From the NCBI GenBank assembly GCA_038065035.1, contig JBBTRV010000003.1:346-64345 (forward strand): a DNA stretch of 64,000 nucleotides, in the 5' to 3' direction. Source of the DNA: Patescibacteria group bacterium. Its GTDB lineage: Bacteria > Patescibacteriota > Minisyncoccia > UBA6257 > UBA9933. Below the pieces are notes generated by a model, which worked only from the letters and a program-made list of their open reading frames with translations, did not search any database and had not been told where the DNA came from. Of the stretch, positions 57,080 to 64,000 are shown piece by piece; position 1 is the first letter of the stretch; every line of letters begins with the position of its first letter. A program made the position numbers and the translations under genes.

Positions 57080-57348
57080 TGTGATAAATTAATATTAAAA
57101 TACTGACACCAAAAAGAAAGTGATTTTTGATCAAGGACCTTACATTTTAAAATTACTTCTTTAATTTTTTCTTTTCCGTAAAAATTAACAGCCCATTTAA
57201 AATCTTTTTCCTCTCCAAAAGAAAGTATCCTTTCTATCACAAAACGAGCATTTTTATCAGGATCAATAATTTCTACATCCCAAAACAAAGACTGATTATT
57301 TGCTAATCGCATTTTAAAATTATAGCATAATTTTAGCCAAAAATCCAT
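57028..57348 (-). CDS. hypothetical small protein upstream of AbiEii (candidate non-canonical antitoxin/partner)
   Basis: 106 aa; overlaps the AbiEii ORF by 52 nt. No HTH recognisable and unlike the usual ~200-aa AbiEi. Confidence 0.4.
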   Translation of the reverse strand: MDFWLKLCYNFKMRLANNQSLFWDVEIIDPDKNARFVIERILSFGEEKDFKWAVNFYGKEKIKEVILKCKVLDQKSLSFWCQYFNINLSQCIQKQSINKQSAFLTR

Positions 57349-57351
57349 ATT

Positions 57352-59178
57352 TTACTGCACTATTAGCCCTAAAGGCGCGCTGGGAGGGGCAGTGTCAGCA
57401 GTTGCTGATACCAGCCTTATCTGGTCAAGCCAGGTATTGGATTCTCTTCCGTAAAAGGTAAAAGAATGGGTTCCTTGAGAAAGGTTATAGATCATTGGGT
57501 CGAATTCAGAGAATAAAGCGTTTCCATTCAGTCCCCTTAAGGAAACATTATCTTGAACGAAAATAGATGTCAAAGGGAGATCATATGTATACGTATCATT
57601 TCCTTGTACACTTTCACCATCAAGACCGATAAAGAATGAATCTCTGGCTACATTATTGTTAGAATTAACCCTTGCTTCAAGCATATATTTTCCTGCTATG
57701 TTTATATTGAATGTAAAATTTGCTGAACCCTGGTTGTCTGTGGTTGTATAGACATATGTATCTGAACTAGTTGTTCCGATTTGCATTGGAGAAGTTAATA
57801 TTCCTGATTCGGCTTCTATTATTTGTTCAGGAAGGAAAGTTTGAGCCGGAGCGTTATATTCATCGTTGTCTGTTAATGAAGAACAACCGGGATCATTAGG
57901 GTAATCTGTTAAGCCGTCAGAATCATTGTCTGTTCCGTCTGAACATTGGTAGGTGGGAGGCAAAATAAAGCCTGTTTGCAGAGGATGCGGATATGTGTAA
58001 GGAATAAAATAAGCAGTCCAAGTATTTGGAGCTGTGCATTTATAAAGCATACCGTCATTGCTTGTGCCATTAGTTTTGTGCCAATCTCCACCAGCATCTA
58101 TTTTCCAGTATGAAGCATTGACAGCACAGGTTGCCGGAAGAGTCGTGCCACTGTTTGCATCAATAACGTCAACCCCTGAAATTACATCAAAATCATTTAC
58201 AGAGCACCCGTCTTGGTTATAACGGATATCCATATCTGGGTTATCCCATTTATAAACAGGAGTTAAAATATTATTCTACCCATCTCCTACTCCATATAAA
58301 GTATTGTCACTTCCATCTAATACAGGTTCATTTACAAAATATGTCCTCGACACTCCTCTATTACCAAAGATAATGCCAGAACCACCACGAATACAGTAAA
58401 AGGAACCGCCAGTTATGGTATTATTATAAAGCTCCATCCACCTTCCTGAATAGTGGGTACGATTGCCATGATTATCCACCATTACAGTATTCAAGGTGGT
58501 ATTTCTAACAACGGTTCTTGCGCCGTAATAAGCCTGAAGCAAATTAGTTCCATTAAAAGGATTCTTTGTATTTATTGCTGTAATTGTGGAATCTTCAATA
58601 TATAATGCTTTAGGACTGCCTGGTATGGCCTCATTTGTCCATCCACCCGTGCTATTTACTCCATATCCCATATTTTGAATTGTCTCTTTATAATTAGGAA
58701 TATTTATGAAATTGCCATGATCTATTAGTCCGGGGCCATTATAGACCGTTATCATTGCATTTGCACTTGTACTATTCGGGTCAAACGTACTGTGATCTAT
58801 TCTCCAGGGCTTATTATTAAGACCCGACCCTGTGACAACAATCGCATCAACGGCAGTCCGAAAGGTAAAGTTTGTCACTCGTGCATAATAATTAGCTGTT
58901 GACGGAAGGGTAATCTTGCCAGTCATTGTCGCGCCATTCCCATCAAGGGTGATATTTTTAGTGGATGGGACTGCAACCGTTGTTGACCATGTATATGTTC
59001 CTCCTGCGCTACACTTTACTGTATCGCCATGGGCCGCATTGTTAAGGGCGGCTTGCACTGTGGCCGAACTACTGCAATCTACCAATATATCAGCTGCTTC
59101 GGAATTATTAGTTAATCCAAAAATTCCTAATAATAAGATTATTAATATGAGTATGTATTTTGAATTATTAATTATCAA
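57352..59178 (-). pseudogene. secreted beta-helix / CBM-like surface protein, paralog F, interrupted by a single in-frame TAG (58273-58275)
   Basis: ORFs 58276..59178 (signal peptide plus beta-helix, homologous to paralog A N-terminus) and 57352..58233 (YQCSDGTDNDSDGLTDYPNDPGCSS..., tail ...TAPPSAPLGLIVQ) are in the same frame. Only one amber codon separates them. Confidence 0.55.
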
Positions 59179-59186
59179 ATAATGTT

Positions 59187-60335
59187 TTATGTTTTAATTA
59201 TCATCTTATTATACTCTAAAGCCGCTATTCCTGGCAATTTTTTGCCGCCTAAAAATTCCAACATTGCCCCGCCGCCAGTAGAAAGAAATATATGTTTTTT
59301 ATCTTGATACTTGATACCTGATACCTGAAACAATGAAGTTGTTTCGCCGCCGCCGATTATAGCCTGCGCTTTGCTGCTTAAAATCACTTTGGCAATCGCT
59401 TTTGAGCCTTTCGCGAATTGCTCGTCTTCGAAATAGCCGACTGGCCCGTTCCAAATAATCATTTTCGCTTTTTTAATTAAATCAGAATATTTTTCAATTG
59501 TTTTTGGCCCGATATCTAAAATTTTCCTTTCATCAATAATAACATCCGAAGGCAAAATGATTTTTCCGGACTTTAAAAATTTTTTAGCCAACAACAGCAT
59601 GTCTTTTTCATATAAAGAATCTCCTATCGGCAAATTTTGCGCCGCCAAAAAAGTATTGGCAATGCCTCCGCCGACCAAAAAATAATCGGCCCTCCGCCGG
59701 CCGGTTAATAAAAAATTTTTAATTAGTCCGAGCTTATCGGAAATTTTTGCTCCGCCCAAAATAACTATTAAAGGTTTTTTAGGATTATTTATTGCCTCGG
59801 AAAGAGATTTTATTTCGCTTTCCATAAGCAAACCGGCGTATGACGGCAAAAATTTCGTAATAGCGGCTACTGATGCATTTTTCCTATGGCTCACGCTAAA
59901 AGCGTCATTAACGTAAAAATCTCCCAACGAAGCTAATTTTCTCGCTAATTTTTCGTCATTCCCTTCTTCTCCGTCAATCAATCTAAGATTTTCAAGCAAA
60001 AAAATACCGCACGCCGGACAACTTTTTATCCCTTCGCTGATTTTATAAAAATCAAAGTGGTTTATAAAATTTATTTTTTTCTTTAATTTGCTCTCTAAAA
60101 ATTCCGCCGCGAATTTAAGACTAAGATTTTTAGATGCCGCTCGCTCACCATGCTTCGGCCTGCCAAGATGGCTTAAAATAATAATTTTTGCTTTTTTAGC
60201 AAGCAAGAATTTTATTGTCGGCAGAATTTTTACCAATCGCGGATTAGAAAACAAATCACCGGAAACATTAAAATCAACCCGCAAAAGGCAAATTTTATTT
60301 TCTAAATCATTATTATTTAAAGATGATAAAAATTT
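59187..60335 (-). CDS. pgk: phosphoglycerate kinase (start MKFLSS at 60335)
   Basis: ...LLRVDFNV..., ...ISTGGGA.LEF... The ORF extension to 60395 would overlap tRNA-Gly. Contains a CTTGATA-type heptamer repeat at 59303-59330. Confidence 0.9.
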   Translation of the reverse strand, partial: KFLSSLNNNDLENKICLLRVDFNVSGDLFSNPRLVKILPTIKFLLAKKAKIIILSHLGRPKHGERAASKNLSLKFAAEFLESKLKKKINFINHFDFYKISEGIKSCPACGIFLLENLRLIDGEEGNDEKLARKLASLGDFYVNDAFSVSHRKNASVAAITKFLPSYAGLLMESEIKSLSEAINNPKKPLIVILGGAKISDKLGLIKNFLLTGRRRADYFLVGGGIANTFLAAQNLPIGDSLYEKDMLLLAKKFLKSGKIILPSDVIIDERKILDIGPKTIEKYSDLIKKAKMIIWNGPVGYFEDEQFAKGSKAIAKVILSSKAQAIIGGGETTSLFQVSGIKYQDKKHIFLSTGGGAMLEFLGGKKLPGIAALEYNKMIIKT

Positions 60336-60338
60336 CAT

Positions 60339-60409
60339 AGCGGGATACGAGAATCGAACTCGCATCTCAACCTTGGGAAGGTTGCGTACTGCCACTATAC
60401 TAATCCCGC
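60339..60409 (-). tRNA. tRNA-Gly (anticodon CCC)
   Basis: Reverse complement GCGGGATTAGTATAGTGGCAGTACGCAACCTTCCCAAGGTTGAGATGCGAGTTCGATTCTCGTATCCCGC plus discriminator U; anticodon loop TTCCCAA. Confidence 0.85.
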
Positions 60410-60981
60410 AATTTATTTATTATAACTTCTTTTCCATTCCAATCAAATTCAGGCAATAAAACAATAACTTTTGTTTTTTCCTTAATTTCTTTCAGATATT
60501 CATCGATATTTTTATTATTTAAATACAGCCTGCCTTCGAAAATTTCTTTTTTTGCCATCGGTTCTAATATTTTCTTTTTAAAAATATCGTAAGAAAAGCC
60601 ATAAAGAATTTTCGCGGCTTCTTCGGCATTTTTTTCCTGATTAATATCGCTGATTTTATTATTGACCAATTTTTCTAAATCAGCTGATTTTATATCTTTT
60701 TTTAATTCCTTATCGATTAAAACATCCTCAATTAAACTGGTCAAAAGCGCGCTTTTTATTTCATTTTTTATTTCTTCTGACTGCAATAATTGAGAATCAC
60801 CGCCATAAACCCTCTGAGCTTGTTCATAATAATTCAATGACGCAGAAAAATTTTCATTAAAATTTTTCATAGTGATTATTTCCCAGCCAATCATAACAAC
60901 CGGATAATTTCTGGAAAAAATAAGCCAGCCGCCGGCAATCAATATAAACAATATTAAAATAAAAATTATCCGTTTTTTCAT
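60400..60981 (-). CDS. hypothetical membrane-anchored protein
   Basis: 193 aa; N-terminal TM; K/E-rich. Start overlaps the lepA stop by 1 nt; 3' end overlaps the tRNA-Gly 5' end by ~10 nt. Confidence 0.4.
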   Translation of the reverse strand: MKKRIIFILILFILIAGGWLIFSRNYPVVMIGWEIITMKNFNENFSASLNYYEQAQRVYGGDSQLLQSEEIKNEIKSALLTSLIEDVLIDKELKKDIKSADLEKLVNNKISDINQEKNAEEAAKILYGFSYDIFKKKILEPMAKKEIFEGRLYLNNKNIDEYLKEIKEKTKVIVLLPEFDWNGKEVIINKLRD

Positions 60982-62792
60982 TATTGTATTATCTTCTTAA
61001 AAATCTCCGCTGATATCTTAACATTCGCCATTCCCAGCAGTTTCTTTTTGCCTTTTTTCTGTTTTTTCCAAAGCTTCATTTTCCTGCTTCGGTCGCCGCC
61101 GTAAAGATAGCCGGCAACGTCTTTTTTCAAGGCCGGAATTGTCTCGCGGGCGATAATTCTATTGCCGACTTCGGCTTGAATCGCCTGGCTAAATTGCTGG
61201 CGCGGCAAAATATCTTTCAATTTTTCAACCATTTTCCTGGCTTCTCTTTCAATTTTTTCTTCAGGAATCACCCTGACTAATCCTGCAACCGGCTTACCGG
61301 CAACTAAAATCTGCATTTTTTTCAAATCAGCTGTTTTATAACCGGACAATTCATAATTAAAAGACGCAAATCCCGCGGAAACTGATTTTAATTTATCGTC
61401 AAAATCGGAAATCAGTTCTGATAAAGGCATTTCAGCGGTAATTAAAATACGTTCGGCCATATTTTTCGTTTCAATATTTTCCATTCCGAAATTTTCTTTT
61501 AACTGAAAAATATTCCCTAAATAATCTGTCGGCGCGATAATTTCAATATTTATCATCGGTTCTGATATTTCATCAAAATCATCAGGCAAATCAGCCGGAT
61601 TTTCAACTATTTTAAACTCGCCATTTTTTTTAATTTTATAAGCAACCGATGGAAAGGTATTAATCACCTCTACTCCGAATTCTTTTTCCAAGCGCTCGGC
61701 AGTGATTTCAAAATGAAGCTTGCCCAAAAAACCGACTTTAAATCCCCTGCCCAAAACTTCATTAAAGTCCGCCTCAAAATTCAAAGCTGAATCATTTAAT
61801 TTTAATTTCTGAAGCGCGTTTTTTAAATCTTCATAATTATCAGCGTCATCGGGATAAAAACTTACGAATACCACCGGCTTCGGCTCGCTATAACCCGGCA
61901 ATGCAAAATCTTGACACCTGACACTTGACGCTTGACACCTGATAATAGTGTCTCCGATTTTTATTTTTTCCGGATCTTTTAATCCGGTAGCAATGTAACC
62001 AATTTCGCCATTCATAATTTTTCCCGATGGTTTTAATTTTGGAGAAAAATATCCCAATTCTTTAATTTTAAATTTTTCGTTTGCCGCAATAAGCTGAACA
62101 TCATCGCCGCTTTTAAATTCATCTCCGCCTCCGGAGGAAAAAACCCTCACTGACGCGATTATGCCCTTATGGTCGTCGTAGAAAGAATCAAATATCAAAG
62201 CTCTACCGAAATTAGAAATTGAAAATTGATAATTTAAAATTAAAGCTTTTGGCGGCGGTATTTCATTTATAATCGCTGTCAAAAGCTGCTGGACTCCTTC
62301 TCCTGTTTTGCCGGAAATTTTATGGATTTCCTCGAATTGGCAACCAATTAATTCAGCCAATTCTTTAATTTGCTTCTCGGCGTTAAAAGTTTTGGCTAAG
62401 TCTATTTTATTGACAGCGCCGATAATCTTTAAACCCTGCTTTTTAGCCGCGTAAAATTTAGCTAAAGTCTGCGCCTGGATACCCTGAGTAACGTCAACTA
62501 ATAAAATCGCTCCTTCAACCGCCGCCAACGCCCGAGAAACTTCATAGGAAAAATCAGGATGGCCCGGAGTATCTATCAAATTTAAAATATAATCATTATA
62601 TATCATCCTTACTGGCGCCATCTTAATTGTTATTCCCCTTTCCCTCTCTAATTCCAGTGAATCTAAAAATTGCGGCTTCATATGCCGGCTGTCAATTGTG
62701 TTTGTAAATTCTAAAAGCCTGTCAGCTAATGTTGACTTGCCATGGTCAATATGGCTGATAATGACAAAATTTCTAATATTACTATTGTCCAT
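60981..62792 (-). CDS. lepA: elongation factor 4 (LepA)
   Basis: 603 aa; G-domain motifs (IISHIDHGKST, DTPGH, NKID) and LepA C-terminal domain. Contains five CYTGACR heptamers at 61910-61944. Confidence 0.95.
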   Translation of the reverse strand: MDNSNIRNFVIISHIDHGKSTLADRLLEFTNTIDSRHMKPQFLDSLELERERGITIKMAPVRMIYNDYILNLIDTPGHPDFSYEVSRALAAVEGAILLVDVTQGIQAQTLAKFYAAKKQGLKIIGAVNKIDLAKTFNAEKQIKELAELIGCQFEEIHKISGKTGEGVQQLLTAIINEIPPPKALILNYQFSISNFGRALIFDSFYDDHKGIIASVRVFSSGGGDEFKSGDDVQLIAANEKFKIKELGYFSPKLKPSGKIMNGEIGYIATGLKDPEKIKIGDTIIRCQASSVRCQDFALPGYSEPKPVVFVSFYPDDADNYEDLKNALQKLKLNDSALNFEADFNEVLGRGFKVGFLGKLHFEITAERLEKEFGVEVINTFPSVAYKIKKNGEFKIVENPADLPDDFDEISEPMINIEIIAPTDYLGNIFQLKENFGMENIETKNMAERILITAEMPLSELISDFDDKLKSVSAGFASFNYELSGYKTADLKKMQILVAGKPVAGLVRVIPEEKIEREARKMVEKLKDILPRQQFSQAIQAEVGNRIIARETIPALKKDVAGYLYGGDRSRKMKLWKKQKKGKKKLLGMANVKISAEIFKKIIQ

Positions 62793-62824
62793 AAGAACTA
62801 TTTTTTATATAATAATGAATAAAT

Positions 62825-63085
62825 ATGAGAAAAGCCATAATCTCAATTTTAGTGGTTTTGCTTTTAGCGCTTTTAACGCAGATTTATTTTACTTTCAAAG
62901 AAAGAAATCAGTTAAAAAGTAAACTTCAGACTTTAACCGCCAAAGCTCAAATATTAAGCGAAGAAAATAGTGAAATCAAATCGGAAATCGAATACTTTAA
63001 ACAGCCGAAAAATCTTGAAAAAGAACTGCGCTCAAAATTAAATTACAAAAAACCCGGCGAGAAAATGTTCATAATTACACAATGA
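62825..63085 (+). CDS. FtsB/DivIC-like septum formation initiator (TM plus coiled coil)
   Basis: 86 aa; N-terminal TM ISILVVLLLALLTQIYF followed by a heptad coiled coil. Confidence 0.5.
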   Translation: MRKAIISILVVLLLALLTQIYFTFKERNQLKSKLQTLTAKAQILSEENSEIKSEIEYFKQPKNLEKELRSKLNYKKPGEKMFIITQ

Positions 63086-64000
63086 AAAAAGGTTTTTCCT
63101 TAATAGAGCTTCTTATCTATGTTTCAATATTCGCCGTTGCCGGCGGAATGATGCTTGGCATTTTAGCTTTAATTTTAAAAGTCAACCAAAGGGAATCTTC
63201 AACCGGCGAAATAACCAGCCAGATGAATTTTATCAGCCAAACCATTTCTAGATTAGTGCGAAGTTCTTCAAATATTGAAATTGACGCCGGCGTTGCCACC
63301 TCAACGTTAAAACTTAGAATGAAAAATTCCGCAAAAGATCCCACTTGTATCTACCTTGACAGCGTAAACAAAATAATAAAATTAGCCGAAGGCCCTGACA
63401 CAAATCCCCAAAATTGTTCGCCAACCGCTTCAAATTTAACTAATGACCGAATTAAAGTTGATAAATTGGAATTTATTAAATCAACCCAATATCCGGGCAA
63501 TGATTCAGTCAGCATGAATATTCAAATGAGCTATAACAGCCCTAATCCGGGCGCTCAAGCAACTCGCGAAATTAAATCCGCTTCGATGAGATTTTCAACC
63601 GCGGAATTCAGCGATAATATCCTTCCTTTTAACGACGCACTTTATGACATCGGTTCGTCAACCAGCCGCTGGCGCAACGCCGCTTTTTCCGGAAATTTAT
63701 TTGTCGCCGGCAATGTCGGCATCGGCACAACAACGCCAAGCGAAAAATTAACGGTTGTTGACGGAAATATTTCAAATATTAATAATACGCCGGTCAAAGT
63801 GGGAACGGCTACTTTGCCGATAGGAGAAAATATGGAAAGCGGCGAATCAATCGCTGTTTCCGGGCGTTATGCTTATGTTTTAGCTAAGACAACTACGGGC
63901 AATCCTAATATAGTAGAAGTGATAGATGTTTCCAATCTTTCTAGCCCGGCCAAAGTGGGAATGGTTACCTTAAATCCAGGAGAAGCTTATGGCGAATCAA
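63082..64000 (+). CDS. type IV pilin-like protein (prepilin leader), 3'-partial at window end
   Basis: Starts MKKGFSLIELLIYVSIFAVAGGMM (G|FSLIE motif); ATGA overlap with the preceding gene. No stop before position 64000. Confidence 0.6.
   Translation, partial: MKKGFSLIELLIYVSIFAVAGGMMLGILALILKVNQRESSTGEITSQMNFISQTISRLVRSSSNIEIDAGVATSTLKLRMKNSAKDPTCIYLDSVNKIIKLAEGPDTNPQNCSPTASNLTNDRIKVDKLEFIKSTQYPGNDSVSMNIQMSYNSPNPGAQATREIKSASMRFSTAEFSDNILPFNDALYDIGSSTSRWRNAAFSGNLFVAGNVGIGTTTPSEKLTVVDGNISNINNTPVKVGTATLPIGENMESGESIAVSGRYAYVLAKTTTGNPNIVEVIDVSNLSSPAKVGMVTLNPGEAYGES

Noticed and set aside
42887-59178. Possibility that the repeated segments are a CRISPR array or a diversity-generating retroelement
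   Set aside because: The repeats are kilobase-scale protein-coding paralogs, not short direct repeats with spacers. No cas gene, reverse transcriptase or template-repeat/variable-repeat pair with A-specific mismatches is present.
60336-60395. N-terminal extension of the pgk ORF (MAVRNLPKVEMRVRFSYPA...)
   Set aside because: It overlaps tRNA-Gly(CCC) on the same strand. pgk homology begins at MKFLSS (60335).

Overview
This window looks like a low-GC, gene-dense chromosome fragment of a small-genome bacterium. Gene content suggests a Candidate Phyla Radiation / Patescibacteria-like organism; this is inferred from content only and no search was possible.

- **Positions 1-42.8 kb** hold conserved housekeeping genes: rplS, dprA-topA, rel/spoT, parB, rpsF-ssb-rpsR, rpoB-rpoC, mltG-rodA, tsaD, cutA, ndk, pyrD, def-fmt and rluD. 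Interleaved with these are 7 tRNAs, an RNase P RNA with a consensus sigma70 promoter, and DNA-uptake/type IV pilus machinery. The pilus set comprises a pilin, two pseudopilins, a prepilin-leader 598-aa protein, pilC and pilB/gspE; the other uptake genes are dprA, a ComEC-type MBL domain and a VirD4/TraG-like ATPase.
- **Positions 42.9-59.2 kb** form the accessory region: a tandem array of six paralogous large secreted proteins on the minus strand. Each has a right-handed beta-helix N-terminal region, an FN3 domain and a CBM-like C-terminal domain, and all share the same extreme C-terminal tail. The array shows gene-conversion tracts, one homopolymer frameshift and one in-frame TAG. RelBE and AbiEii-type toxin-antitoxin modules, rnhA and a DHH phosphoesterase lie between the paralogs.
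- **Further oddities:**
  - A ~60-nt conserved structured core occurs in two copies inside entirely different outer stems (covariation), in both cases just downstream of a gene.
  - A family of in-frame heptanucleotide tandem repeats (YTGAYRC/TCAAG-type) sits inside topA, fmt, pgk and lepA.
  - A tRNA-Gln is directly abutted by the ATG of the downstream gene.
  - A degraded PIN/antitoxin locus carries an A7 frameshift.

No CRISPR array, reverse transcriptase or transposase was recognised.
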